A stretch of DNA of 64,000 bases from an uncultured Ignavibacteriales bacterium (GTDB taxonomy: Bacteria; Bacteroidota; Ignavibacteria; Tepidaquicellales; OLB5): assembly GCA_964461265.1 (NCBI GenBank), contig CAYWTS010000001.1, forward strand, positions 2,199 through 66,198, written 5' to 3'. Positions 1-9,323 of the stretch are shown here, piece by piece (position 1 is the stretch's first letter; each line of letters opens with the position of its first letter). The notes under the pieces are model-generated. The model was given only the letters and a program-made list of their open reading frames with translations. It did not search any database and was not told where the DNA came from. Made by a program: the position numbers and the translations under genes.

Positions 1-407
1 TCAGAAAAACCGAGCGTTGTTATAGCCAGGTAATCTCCTTTTAAACGAAGTGAAGGCACGCCAACTATTAAACCTGCTATAGCAGCAAAAATGCCGCCGA
101 TAATTAATACTGCAAGGAACCAAATACTGTTTCCGAAAGTATTATTACCGAGAGTATTTATAAAAAAGGGTGCAAAATATGTACTGAAAATTGCTGACAT
201 ATATCCGCCGATTGCCATGAAACCGGCGTGTCCGAGTGAGAACTGCCCCGTGTAACCATTTATAAGGTTTAGGCTTGTGGCAAGAATAATATTAATCCCA
301 GCATAGATGATTATCTGGTAATAGTAAGGATTAATTTGATTACTTATTAAGTTTATTCCAAATATTACAGCAATTGCTATAAGGAATAAGATTTTTGAGT
401 TCCGCAC
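1..407 (-). CDS. livM: Branched-chain amino acid ABC transporter permease (LivM type). Only the 5' part is present; the gene runs off the left edge of the window.
   Basis: Not in the ORF track. Reverse-strand translation from GTG at 407 reads MRNSKILFLIAIAVIFGINLISNQINPYYYQIIIYAGINIILATSLNLINGYTGQFSLGHAGFMAIGGY...PSLRLKGDYLAITTLGFSE with no stop before position 1. An in-frame TAA lies just upstream of the GTG. GQ.SLGHA.F..IGGY and L.GDYLAI.TLGF.E are LivM hallmarks. Confidence 0.7.
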   Translation of the reverse strand, partial: MRNSKILFLIAIAVIFGINLISNQINPYYYQIIIYAGINIILATSLNLINGYTGQFSLGHAGFMAIGGYMSAIFSTYFAPFFINTLGNNTFGNSIWFLAVLIIGGIFAAIAGLIVGVPSLRLKGDYLAITTLGFS

Positions 408-439
408 CGGATAGCTTTAGGATGTGTTTACTTTTTTAG

Positions 440-514
440 TGGGCAGTACTGGGATCGAACCAGTGACCTCATGCTTGTAAGGCATGCGCTCTGAACCAGC
501 TGAGCTAACCGCCC
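440..514 (-). tRNA. tRNA-Val (anticodon TAC)
   Basis: Reverse strand reads GGGCGGTTAGCTCAGCTGGTTCAGAGCGCATGCCTTACAAGCATGAGGTCACTGGTTCGATCCCAGTACTGCCCA. It has a 7-bp acceptor stem, a GCTC/GAGC D stem, and a CATGC/GCATG anticodon stem with loop CTTACAA. The T stem is ACTGG/CCAGT with loop TTCGATC. CCA is not encoded. Confidence 0.93.
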
Positions 515-521
515 ATATTCA

Positions 522-550
522 ATTATCAGTGTTCAATTATCATTGTTCAA
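522..550 (-). promoter_or_regulatory. Sigma-70-like promoter candidate for tRNA-Val: TTGAAC, 17 nt spacer, GATAAT
   Basis: Reverse strand has TTGAAC (550-545), a 17-nt spacer, then GATAAT (527-522) preceded by TG. The mature tRNA 5' G at 514 lies 8 nt downstream. The site is embedded in short TTGAAC / TGATAAT direct repeats (517-560). Confidence 0.35.
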
Positions 551-671
551 TGTTCAATTAAAAGAACCAGTGATTTTCCCGACGTTACGCCGGGACGCTC
601 TGAAACGCACAAAATTATATAATTCAAGAACTTATTTGCACAAAATACGCTAATTTATGACTTTTCTCAAG

Positions 672-1970
672 TCAGAGGTTATTCACCTGTTTATCTTTTT
701 TAATATCAGTCAGCATCATTACACCACTAAACAAAAACAAGCAACCTGAAATAATAAATACCAATTCGATATTAAATAATTTCATTATTAGGTAACCAAG
801 GAAAGGCATAAATAAACCCCGCACACCGGTTAATGTAATATGTGCTGATTGATAGTTTGCTACCTGTGCAGGTGGTGCAAAATAAATTGAGCTTAATGAC
901 CATGCTATAGCAACACCGCTCATAGCCACTCCGAAAAGAAAATATGAAATATAAACCGAATATGAGTTATCAAAAGATAACCCGGTTGCATTAATATAAT
1001 TAGCAGCCCAGAGTGTAAAAGGGTAGAGGGCTAAAAGCAAAAATATGTAGCCGCAAAACTTTGAGGGATTTCCTGTACCGTGATGCTTGCCCATCAGTGG
1101 TGTAAATAGAATCAAGGCACCATGGAAAACAAAACCTTTTGCAATAGAAATAGGAGTGTAGGATAGATGGAGATAATCGACAAGATATATAGGTACAACG
1201 GGAATAGTTATCATAAACGCCATTCCGTAAACAAAAAAATTTATTTCGAATTTTAAAAATTTTCTGTTTTCTTGAAAAAGCCTGAGCATATCCCTTACGG
1301 GCAGAATGATAATATCCTTTAACAGTTTAAGATTCATCCTGCCTGTGTAAATGGGTTCTTTGGGTTCGGTTTCATCAAGGCTGAACTTTATCATTTTTGC
1401 TAAGCTTAGGTAAACTGCAATTCCAAATACTCCTGAAACAGGAAAGAAAAGCTTGTAAAGTGAATTGTTTAAATCAAGCAGTCTGCCGATTAAGGTTGTA
1501 GATATTAAAATAAAAACTGTTTGAACAGATGCAGCATAAGAATATAATTTGCTTCTTCTTTCTTCTGTATAATTATGCTTAAAGACAATGTTCCATGAAG
1601 AGAGCAAAAACGAATCGAAATATGCGCTTGCGGAAATACAAAAGATATAAAATACGGGGTTATTGAATAGGGGAATCAGTATTAAGAATGATTTGCATAT
1701 AAATCCAATCCTGAAAATTGTCTTAGACCTTTTAGCCGAACGGTTTACTATTTCAGTACCGTAAACCGAAAACATAAAAGCTGAACTGACAAGAAGAGAC
1801 AGAAGCATTATCTGGAAGTCGTTCCCTCCGAGTGATTTTTTCAAAATCACATCCTGAAGTTGTATTGTTCCTATAGCTAAGCCGTTAAATACCTGTGATA
1901 TCAGGTGGAGCGTAAAAGTTTTTTTCTCGGTTTGCCTTAAATGTTCAGAGGTACTGAGGTCGTATTTCAA
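672..1970 (-). CDS. MFS-type transporter (about 12 predicted hydrophobic segments), substrate unknown
   Basis: 432-aa ORF that is almost entirely hydrophobic helices, with a central charged loop (LDETEPKEPIYTGRMNLK). This is the typical 6+6 MFS layout. Assignment is by architecture only. Confidence 0.6.
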   Translation of the reverse strand: MKYDLSTSEHLRQTEKKTFTLHLISQVFNGLAIGTIQLQDVILKKSLGGNDFQIMLLSLLVSSAFMFSVYGTEIVNRSAKRSKTIFRIGFICKSFLILIPLFNNPVFYIFCISASAYFDSFLLSSWNIVFKHNYTEERRSKLYSYAASVQTVFILISTTLIGRLLDLNNSLYKLFFPVSGVFGIAVYLSLAKMIKFSLDETEPKEPIYTGRMNLKLLKDIIILPVRDMLRLFQENRKFLKFEINFFVYGMAFMITIPVVPIYLVDYLHLSYTPISIAKGFVFHGALILFTPLMGKHHGTGNPSKFCGYIFLLLALYPFTLWAANYINATGLSFDNSYSVYISYFLFGVAMSGVAIAWSLSSIYFAPPAQVANYQSAHITLTGVRGLFMPFLGYLIMKLFNIELVFIISGCLFLFSGVMMLTDIKKDKQVNNL

Positions 1971-1999
1971 ATTCTAAATTTACGGGATTTCCCAAAGAG

Positions 2000-2392
2000 T
2001 TAAATATCGTTATGAAGTATTTCTGTTATTATTTTTGAATTGTATTTTCTTTTTAAGTGTTCATTCAGCTTTTCTGCTGCATAGACCGAGCGGTGCTGTC
2101 CGCCTGTGCATCCGAAATTAACCATTAAATCCGTAAAGTTTCTTTCAATATAGTCTTCAATTGCCATTTCAATAATATCAAATGTGTTCATCAAAAAACT
2201 TTTCATTACTTTATCATTATCTAAGAAATTAATAACTTTCTCATCAAGTCCTGTTAAATCCTTGAATTCAGGTTTTCTGCCCGGATTGTAAATGAATCTG
2301 CAGTCAAAAACGAAGCCGCCGCCATTTTCGGATTTATCGACAGGAATACCTGATTTTTTATAGCTGAAAGAATTAATTTTAACAGTAAGCAT
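2000..2392 (-). CDS. RapZ/YvcJ C-terminal-domain-only protein; lacks the N-terminal P-loop ATPase domain
   Basis: The likely start is ATG at 2392 (MLTVKINSFSYKKSGIPVD..). The longer track ORF (to 2449) only extends by reading through tRNA-Gly. Motifs FVFDCRFIYNPGR and NFGCTGGQHRSV match the RapZ C-terminal domain (DxRFLPNP, GCTGGxHRSV). About 130 aa versus about 285 aa for full-length RapZ. Confidence 0.7.
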   Translation of the reverse strand: MLTVKINSFSYKKSGIPVDKSENGGGFVFDCRFIYNPGRKPEFKDLTGLDEKVINFLDNDKVMKSFLMNTFDIIEMAIEDYIERNFTDLMVNFGCTGGQHRSVYAAEKLNEHLKRKYNSKIITEILHNDI

Positions 2393-2399
2393 ATTTTTG

Positions 2400-2471
<72 letters not shown>

Positions 2472-2661
2472 ATAATCACTAATTTATTTCAAAAATACCG
2501 ACTGGCTATTACATTTTCAATTAAGCTTTTTTTGCTAAAAAATATCATATTATACATTTTTCGATGCATTAAGATCATAATTTATTATTCAGGGGGATTA
2601 AAATTAAGTATTTAATTATGTGATATTTAATATTATTTTCGAACTTTCATTTATAATATTA

Positions 2662-3021
2662 ATGAAGAAAAAAATAGCCATAGTTGAGGATGAAGGTATT
2701 GTTGCAATGGATATTAAGAAGAGCTTACTTGCTGAAGGATACGATGTTCCTTTTGTAGTAGATGCAGCGGAAAAAATTATCAGTATACTTGAAAAAAATA
2801 GAGTAGATGTAATAATAATGGATATTGTATTAAACGGTAAAATGAACGGGATTGAAGCAGCAATTCAAATAAAAAGGAATTATAATATCCCGGTAATCTT
2901 TGTCACTGCATTAAATGATGAAGCATTAAAAGAAAGAAGCGCACAATATTACTCATATGGGTATTTTGTTAAACCCTTCGATAACGATTTATTAAACGAG
3001 GCAATTAAGAAAATATTTTAA
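2662..3021 (+). CDS. Single-domain response regulator (CheY-like receiver)
   Basis: The likely start is ATG at 2662 (MKKKIAIVEDEG..). Acidic pocket VEDE, phospho-acceptor context VIIMDIVL, then IFVTA and VKPF. No output domain. Confidence 0.8.
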   Translation: MKKKIAIVEDEGIVAMDIKKSLLAEGYDVPFVVDAAEKIISILEKNRVDVIIMDIVLNGKMNGIEAAIQIKRNYNIPVIFVTALNDEALKERSAQYYSYGYFVKPFDNDLLNEAIKKIF

Positions 3022-3047
3022 TTTACCTTCCATTTTTATGATTTGTT

Positions 3048-4031
3048 TTAATTATTTCCGTTAAATGTATAAATCAGTGTCCCGCTTTCACCAGCTGCCC
3101 AGCCTGAAAATTCATTTATAAACATAATACTCCTCAAAAATTTATTTGTATTAGTATTTTGTTTAATCCAGCTTGTGCCGCCATCTGATGATTTTAATAT
3201 TGTACCCTCTTCACCTGCAGTATATAGCGTATTATCGGAAGAATAACATACAGAGTTAAGCCATGCATTGCTATTTGAAACCATTTGTGACCAGCTTAAA
3301 CCTCCATCGGTCGTTTTTAAAATAATTCCGTTTTGCCCAACACATACACCTGTCTGCTCATTTTTAAAACATATAGAATTCAGGTTATTTTGTACCTGTG
3401 AGTTTAAGATAAACCAATTGCTGCCCCTATTTGTGGTTTTTAAAATTTTACCGTTACTGCCGCAGCTGAAAGCTGCATCACTGCTAATAATATTTATTGA
3501 AAACAGGTCATATGTGGAATCTATATTAACTATGTTCCATGAATTACCCGCGTTACTTGTCATTAAAACCATACCAAAATAACCGCATATCATTCCTAGA
3601 TAGTTTCCATAATAATTAATACTTGTAAGAAAATTATCTGTGCCGCTTGATTGTAGCGACCAGTTTTCACCGCAATCATTAGTCATTAAAATAGTGCCGT
3701 TTGTACCGGTAACATAACCTGTTAAAGAATTAATAAAGTAACAGGAATTAATATTTATGTTTGGAATGTTTATTGGCTTACTTAATAAGTTAAATCCCGA
3801 ATTGGTTGTTTTAAGAACTTGGTTTGAATCGTTTGGATATGTATTGCCCGTTATAAATCCTGTAGTGGTATTTATAAAAAATACCGATTTAAAATTGTTA
3901 GCAGCGTTAGTAGTAATATTATGCCAGATAGGATTATTTACGGGAAGATTAACCGAAGGGTTTTCATCGCGTACACAGGATGAAAAAGCAAATGATAAAA
4001 AAATTATTAATGAAGGGACTCTTAATTTCAT
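3048..4031 (-). CDS. Lipoprotein with Ycf48/BNR-like beta-propeller repeats
   Basis: Signal peptide plus lipobox (LSFAFSSC). Repeated motifs are TNDCGENWS, SNAGNSWN, TTNRGSNWF, TTDGGLSWS and SSDGGTSWI, spaced about 40 aa apart. Confidence 0.7.
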   Translation of the reverse strand: MKLRVPSLIIFLSFAFSSCVRDENPSVNLPVNNPIWHNITTNAANNFKSVFFINTTTGFITGNTYPNDSNQVLKTTNSGFNLLSKPINIPNININSCYFINSLTGYVTGTNGTILMTNDCGENWSLQSSGTDNFLTSINYYGNYLGMICGYFGMVLMTSNAGNSWNIVNIDSTYDLFSINIISSDAAFSCGSNGKILKTTNRGSNWFILNSQVQNNLNSICFKNEQTGVCVGQNGIILKTTDGGLSWSQMVSNSNAWLNSVCYSSDNTLYTAGEEGTILKSSDGGTSWIKQNTNTNKFLRSIMFINEFSGWAAGESGTLIYTFNGNN

Positions 4032-4081
4032 TTAATGTTTTAAATTAATATTAAATTAGAACTTAGAAGTATGAACTTCAA

Positions 4082-4114
4082 TAAAAAACCCTGTCCGTAT
4101 AAAAACAGGGTTTT
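4082..4114 (-). terminator. Intrinsic terminator downstream of the 4140-5180 gene
   Basis: Reverse strand has ACCCTGT ttttatacgg ACAGGGT followed by TTTTTT. The plus strand also has a T-run after the stem. Confidence 0.6.
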
Positions 4115-4139
4115 AAGTATCTGTTATTAATAAATAATG

Positions 4140-5180
4140 TTACTTTAACAGCATCATCTTTTTTGTTATAGTATAATCTTCCGATATTAATTTATAGAAA
4201 TAAGTCCCGCTGGTATAGTGACTGCCATCCCAATCGACCTGATACTTGCCTGGCTGGAGATGTTCATTAACCAGAACCGCTATTTCTTTACCGAGCATAT
4301 CATAAATAATTAATTTAGTATCGGAAGATTTGGCAATATTAAAATCAATCTTTGTAGCCGGATTAAAAGGATTCGGAAAATTTTGATACAGAATATAGTT
4401 TTGAGGTATATTATTATTTATTTGCTTAATACCTGTCGTAAAATGGCTTAACCTGTAAAGTATATTCTGCATTAAAGGTATACTGGTTGACTGATTAACC
4501 CAATCCTGATCTGTATCTGAAATAATGATGCCGTAGTTGGCATTTGGAGGAGTAAATACAAAGCCAAAGTAATTGCTTTGGTACCTCATAAAGTTTTCTA
4601 TGGTGCTATTACCCGTACCATACACACCATACCAGAAATAAGAAATGCTGGGAACGTTATTTGGTGTTGTTGCTAATGTACCAAGAATTTCCATAGGTGC
4701 TAATGTACCGCTTACTGTTGAACCCCAGGTGAATACTCCGCCTAAGCTGTTTACAAGAGAAGCAAATGCCTGATTAGATTGATAAGTGCTTAAGTATTCG
4801 CACTGCAGGTAAACCGGTTTTCCTCTCATTAAGAAAAGTTTGATGTTATCTATTCTGTTTTGAGGGATATCAATGACTCCTGACGAGATAATCAGTACAT
4901 TGGTAGTTGCAAAAAAACTTGTATCGTTAAGTGCTGACTGCGGGGCTATAGCTGCAGTCATACTCATTCCTTCAGCTGTAGTTTTCCAGCGTGCATCCAT
5001 TGTATGTTGCGAGTTATAGCTCGTGCTTTCGATTATCAGTACGTTTGTCAGCACATTTTCATTCTTACAGTTGTGTGAATATAAATTGAATGAGGTATAT
5101 AAAAAACAAAATGAAGTTATAAAAGTAATTTTAAGTAGTGACATTAAAACCTCCTTTAAGTTTTTGTTAAACAGCAGCAA
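4140..5180 (-). CDS. Secreted protein of unknown function with a T9SS C-terminal sorting domain
   Basis: N-terminal signal-like segment (the start may be the internal MSLLKITFITSF..). The C-terminus is QNFPNPFNPATKIDFNIAKSSDTKLIIYDMLGKEIAVLVNEHLQPGKYQVDWDGSHYTSGTYFYKLISEDYTITKKMMLLK, a type-A T9SS CTD. Confidence 0.75.
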   Translation of the reverse strand: MLLFNKNLKEVLMSLLKITFITSFCFLYTSFNLYSHNCKNENVLTNVLIIESTSYNSQHTMDARWKTTAEGMSMTAAIAPQSALNDTSFFATTNVLIISSGVIDIPQNRIDNIKLFLMRGKPVYLQCEYLSTYQSNQAFASLVNSLGGVFTWGSTVSGTLAPMEILGTLATTPNNVPSISYFWYGVYGTGNSTIENFMRYQSNYFGFVFTPPNANYGIIISDTDQDWVNQSTSIPLMQNILYRLSHFTTGIKQINNNIPQNYILYQNFPNPFNPATKIDFNIAKSSDTKLIIYDMLGKEIAVLVNEHLQPGKYQVDWDGSHYTSGTYFYKLISEDYTITKKMMLLK

Positions 5181-5340
5181 GCTTCCCGTAAAATATTCAG
5201 ATTTTTAATCAGGAAGCAAGAGATAACACTATGTTATGAAATATAAATAATAAATCTTTAAAGAAAAATAAAAAACCCCATCCAAAGGTGAGTTGAACGG
5301 GGTTTAAGTCCTCGTGAAGGACTGATTTTATAACTGTACT

Positions 5341-6315
5341 TTATTCACCAATCTTTACCAGTTTTGGCTGGTATTTCAGTTTATTCAGTTTAGCAATGTC
5401 GTGTTTGGCAGTTTTTTGAAATACGTATAATCCAACGAGGACTTTATACGTTTTCACTTCCAGTTGTGTAGACGGATCTGTAGTAATTATTTCTTCAGTA
5501 TAGATCTTAGTAAATCCGTCACGCTCTAGTCTTCCTATTTTTCGGTCAGCAAAAGATTTATCGCTGTATGTCCCTACTTCTAATGAGTAGCCTTCTACAA
5601 CAGCAAGCTGATTTGAAAGATCATAGAACCTGATTATTGTATCGATGTTATTAATTGACTGATACAGGTTCGAGTTCGTCTCTTCTTCGCCGGTTTTCGG
5701 AGTAATAACCTTAATTTTGAGCTTTCCGTTTGTTTTCAGGTTTTTATTAAGCTCGAAATCGCCGTTTGTTCCTTCCTCCGAACTGAATTCAAGGAAGATC
5801 TTAGAATCTGCCGGTACATTTTCATCCAAAAGATCGGTCGTTTTGTAATTTAATGAATCAATTTCCGACCAGTTAATAATTTCTTTTGGATCAATACCCT
5901 GCCGCAGCATCTCTGCTTCATCCTGAGTAACCATCTCAATTCTAACCTGGGCAGTTCCGCCCATTTTGATCTCTTCTTTTGCTGCTTTGGAGAGATCTAT
6001 GATTCGTCCCCGTATATACGGGCCCCGGTCATTTATACGTACCACCGTATAGAGATTGTTCTCAAGATTTGTTACCTTCAGAAGAGTTCCGAAGGGTAAG
6101 GTTTTGTGAGCAGCTGTTAAGTCGTAGGTATCAAAACGTTCGCCTGAGGCGGTTTTTCTACCATGAAATCCCGGGCCATACCACGAAGCCTCACCAATCT
6201 CAACGAATCCTGAGACGGAAGGATCTTCTTCAGACAGTACGCGCACAGCGGTGCTGCTGGTTAGAATAAGTTGTACAGTTATAAAAAAGAGTAACGACAA
6301 GAGCTTTGTTTTCAA
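5341..6315 (-). CDS. rlpA: RlpA-like lipoprotein (DPBB domain) with a C-terminal SPOR-like domain
   Basis: TTG start preceded by AAAGGAG 7 nt upstream. [60 protein letters not shown] is the RlpA double-psi beta-barrel signature. The C-terminal [26 protein letters not shown] resembles SPOR. Confidence 0.85.
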   Translation of the reverse strand: MKTKLLSLLFFITVQLILTSSTAVRVLSEEDPSVSGFVEIGEASWYGPGFHGRKTASGERFDTYDLTAAHKTLPFGTLLKVTNLENNLYTVVRINDRGPYIRGRIIDLSKAAKEEIKMGGTAQVRIEMVTQDEAEMLRQGIDPKEIINWSEIDSLNYKTTDLLDENVPADSKIFLEFSSEEGTNGDFELNKNLKTNGKLKIKVITPKTGEEETNSNLYQSINNIDTIIRFYDLSNQLAVVEGYSLEVGTYSDKSFADRKIGRLERDGFTKIYTEEIITTDPSTQLEVKTYKVLVGLYVFQKTAKHDIAKLNKLKYQPKLVKIGE

Positions 6316-6553
6316 GTATCTTCTCCTTTCTTTCCCGTATCAAGCGGGTTTTTTTCATTGTCCACAGATTTTAGAACATTAGTGGGCAGCATTGCCTGCT
6401 TCTTAAGCAGACTAAAGGACAATGGTGTCTTTTTTGCTCAATGTAGAGAAAACTACACTGCTTGGAGCGTTATCTTTTTTAAATTACACGCCATAATTTA
6501 TTATATTGGCGTGCATACTCTATATTAAAGAACTATAACTTTTATTAAAAATC

Positions 6554-7516
6554 TCAGCTCAATTCAGAAGATGAAATTGAATATATTTTTTTACCGCCAT
6601 CTATGAATGTGAGCCAGTTGTGTTTATCATTTCCGTTATTGACTATATCGAAAAATGCATTTTGTAATTCTTTCGTAATTTTTCCGGCTGTTCCTTTACC
6701 GACAAGTATTTTATCGACTGAACGAATTGGTGTAATTTCAGCAGCTGTTCCCGTAAAAAATATTTCATCAGCAAGGTATAACATTTCTCTGGGTATATTT
6801 GTTTCTTTTACTTCATATCCTAAATCTTTAGCAAGGTGAATAACAGTATTCCTGGTTACACCTGCTAATATTGCATTAGCTAAGGTTGGTGTATAAAGAA
6901 CATTTTCGTGTATTAGGAAGATATTTTCACCGCTTCCTTCGCTTATGTGCCCGGTTGCATCGAGTGCAATGCCTTCCGAATAGCCGTTTAATAAAGCTTC
7001 CATTTTCATAAGTTGGCTGTTCATATAACCACCGCCTATTTTAGCAAGAGCAGGTGTAGTGTTGGAAGCATGCCTTCTCCATGAAGATACACATACATCG
7101 ATACCTGTTTCGACCGCCCCTTTACCAAGATATGAACCCCACTCGTATGCTGCAATCGAGAGTTCAACTGGATTGTTAAGCGGGTTTACCCCTATATCAT
7201 CATAACCTCTGTATGCAATAGGGCGAATATAACATGCGTCTAAATTATTAATCTTTATAGTGTCTTTTATAGCTTCACATATTTCTTCATGTGAATACGG
7301 AAGTTCCGCACGAAATATTTTCGCGGAGTTTATTAATCTTCTAACATGATTATCAAGCCTGAATATAGCAGAACCTTGTTTTGTAAAATAACAACGAATA
7401 CCTTCGAAAAAAGAAGAACCATAATGAATAACGTGTGAAAGCACGTGAATTTTAGCATCAGCCCAGTTCACGAACTTTCCATTCATCCATATTTTTTCAA
7501 CTGTTTTTATCGGCAT
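6554..7516 (-). CDS. ilvE: Branched-chain amino acid aminotransferase
   Basis: The N-terminus is KIWMNGKFVNWADAKIHVLSHVIHYGSSFFEGIRCY. GSGENIFL and TPTLANAILAGVTR are typical class IV aminotransferase (IlvE) motifs. Confidence 0.9.
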   Translation of the reverse strand: MPIKTVEKIWMNGKFVNWADAKIHVLSHVIHYGSSFFEGIRCYFTKQGSAIFRLDNHVRRLINSAKIFRAELPYSHEEICEAIKDTIKINNLDACYIRPIAYRGYDDIGVNPLNNPVELSIAAYEWGSYLGKGAVETGIDVCVSSWRRHASNTTPALAKIGGGYMNSQLMKMEALLNGYSEGIALDATGHISEGSGENIFLIHENVLYTPTLANAILAGVTRNTVIHLAKDLGYEVKETNIPREMLYLADEIFFTGTAAEITPIRSVDKILVGKGTAGKITKELQNAFFDIVNNGNDKHNWLTFIDGGKKIYSISSSELS

Positions 7517-7524
7517 GTTAGTTT

Positions 7525-8652
7525 TTAAATAAGTGATTTACTGTATATTCTGTATGTTTTGTAAATTTGTCCGCCAAGTTTTTCGACTGTTTGACGCATC
7601 ACAATGTTATCTTCCAATACCCATGAAATTTCAGCACCTTTAACACCTTTTTTGTTTCCGTTTATAATAGTTTCTAAATAGAATACTGAGTCAAGGGCTT
7701 TCTTTTGAAATTCACGTTTAACACCCATTACAATGACACGAATAAGATCTATTTTATTTTTCCAGTATAACAGCTTAAAAATTCCAAACGGGAATAATCT
7801 TCCATTTAATCTTTTTAAGACTTGATTAAAATCCGGTAACGATAAAGAAAAACCAGCCGGAATTCCATTTACTTCTGCAAATATTACATATTCTGGATCT
7901 ACAATCATTTTAAGCATTTTTGCCAGATGGTCAAATTCCTCGGTTGTCATTGGAACAAATCCCCAGTTCAGTTCCCAAGCATTATTATATATTTCTTCAA
8001 TCTTACGGACTTCGCTGGTTAAGTCTTTCATGCTAAGATATCTTGTCGTAACATCATTTCTTTTCTTAATAAGCTCTGCCATTCGGTTTAGCTTGCTCAT
8101 AGCTTGCTGATTATTAATCACTTTAGCCGAGACATAATAAGCATATAAATCTTTTTCCTTTTCAAAACCAAAATTCTCTATTTTATCTGAATAATGCTTC
8201 GGGTTATAGGTCATAAGAATAACCGGAGAAGAATCAAACCCATCAATAAGCAAACCACATTCATCATTTGTTGAAGGATTTACAGGGCCGACTATTTTAT
8301 CCAGTTTTTTATCTTTACACCATGCACAAGCATTATCGAGTAATAGATCTGCAACATCCTGGTCGTCTAAAGTTTCAAAGAACCCAAAAAAGCCGGTTTT
8401 ATCATTATGAAATTTATTATGATTATCATTTTTGATTGCAGCTATTCTGCCAACCAGCTCCCCATCTTTTTCCGCAAGAAATAATTCGACTTCCGAGTGT
8501 TTAAAAAAAGGATTCTTTACCGGATTAAGATTATTTCTTGCATCGAAAATTAAAGGTGGGACCCAATACTTATCTTTTCTGTATATCTTCCAAGGTAATT
8601 TGATAAAATTTAAACGGTCTGTTTCGGTTTCTACCCGCTTTATTTTAATCAA
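7525..8652 (-). CDS. Putative GNAT-fold acyltransferase (about 375-aa family), substrate unknown
   Basis: 375-aa soluble ORF. The N-terminal FIKLPWKIYRKDKYWVPPL and C-terminal VMGVKREFQKKALDSVFY segments resemble an uncharacterized GNAT-like family. Assignment is from memory of that family only. Confidence 0.45.
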   Translation of the reverse strand: MIKIKRVETETDRLNFIKLPWKIYRKDKYWVPPLIFDARNNLNPVKNPFFKHSEVELFLAEKDGELVGRIAAIKNDNHNKFHNDKTGFFGFFETLDDQDVADLLLDNACAWCKDKKLDKIVGPVNPSTNDECGLLIDGFDSSPVILMTYNPKHYSDKIENFGFEKEKDLYAYYVSAKVINNQQAMSKLNRMAELIKKRNDVTTRYLSMKDLTSEVRKIEEIYNNAWELNWGFVPMTTEEFDHLAKMLKMIVDPEYVIFAEVNGIPAGFSLSLPDFNQVLKRLNGRLFPFGIFKLLYWKNKIDLIRVIVMGVKREFQKKALDSVFYLETIINGNKKGVKGAEISWVLEDNIVMRQTVEKLGGQIYKTYRIYSKSLI

Positions 8653-8838
8653 AATTCAGTTTTTTCCGATAAATATTGATTTTAATTAATTAATTTAATT
8701 AACTTTTTAATAATATACAATTTAAATTTTAATCTTTTTTTAAATTACTAAAACCTTTGTTTACGAAAGGCATTGATACTCATAATGATATTGATATTTT
8801 TTTTAATTATTATTGTCCTGAAGAAATATTTTTGTTAA

Positions 8839-9303
8839 ATGAATAAATACAGAATTTTTATTTTTTTAGTATTAACATTTTTGTTATGCGATTCATTATT
8901 TTCACAGGATGGCTGGTGGAAAGATAAAAAATATAAAAGTGAGGCACAGAAACAAAAATATTTAAACTGTAAAAGAACTTTTATAGCCTTATCGGAGGCA
9001 ATAAACTATTCGAATGCAAATATTATTCAAGGCTACTCTCAGGAAGAAATATATATAAACCTGCTTGATGTTGACAGAGGTTATTATAAATATGATCAAA
9101 TTAAATACATATTAGAAAGCTTTTTTAACACTTATCCTGTAAATAACTTTAAATGGATTTCATCTACAAAATCGGAAAAGCAAGCATTTGCGCTCGGTAA
9201 ATATAAGTACAGCAGCTTCGGTTTTGTAAATACTTACAACTTCTCAGTTTCCCTGAAATACACTAATAATTTATGGTTAATTGAGCAGATCATAGTCAAT
9301 TAA
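8839..9303 (+). CDS. Small secreted protein of unknown function (DUF4783-like)
   Basis: Signal peptide IFIFLVLTFLLCDSLFSQ. The pattern FF..YP...F....S.....A.G.Y......Y..S..L......W.I..I resembles DUF4783. Weak assignment. Confidence 0.45.
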   Translation: MNKYRIFIFLVLTFLLCDSLFSQDGWWKDKKYKSEAQKQKYLNCKRTFIALSEAINYSNANIIQGYSQEEIYINLLDVDRGYYKYDQIKYILESFFNTYPVNNFKWISSTKSEKQAFALGKYKYSSFGFVNTYNFSVSLKYTNNLWLIEQIIVN

Positions 9304-9323
9304 CTATCAAACTATTAAATTTA

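Noticed and set aside
5272-5323. Two hairpins downstream of rlpA (ACCCC..GGGGT with a T-run on the minus strand; AGTCCT cgtga AGGACT) as anything beyond terminators
   Set aside because: Their position directly after the rlpA stop, and the T-run on the coding strand, fit ordinary intrinsic termination. The first stem is short with a large loop, so I did not list it as a confident feature.
8653-8838. Possible replication origin at the divergent gene-orientation switch (genes to the left mostly minus, to the right mostly plus) in a very AT-rich spacer
   Set aside because: No DnaA-box-like TTATCCACA clusters were seen and no dnaA or dnaN gene is nearby. A second orientation switch at about 54.9 kb shows these are local operon boundaries.
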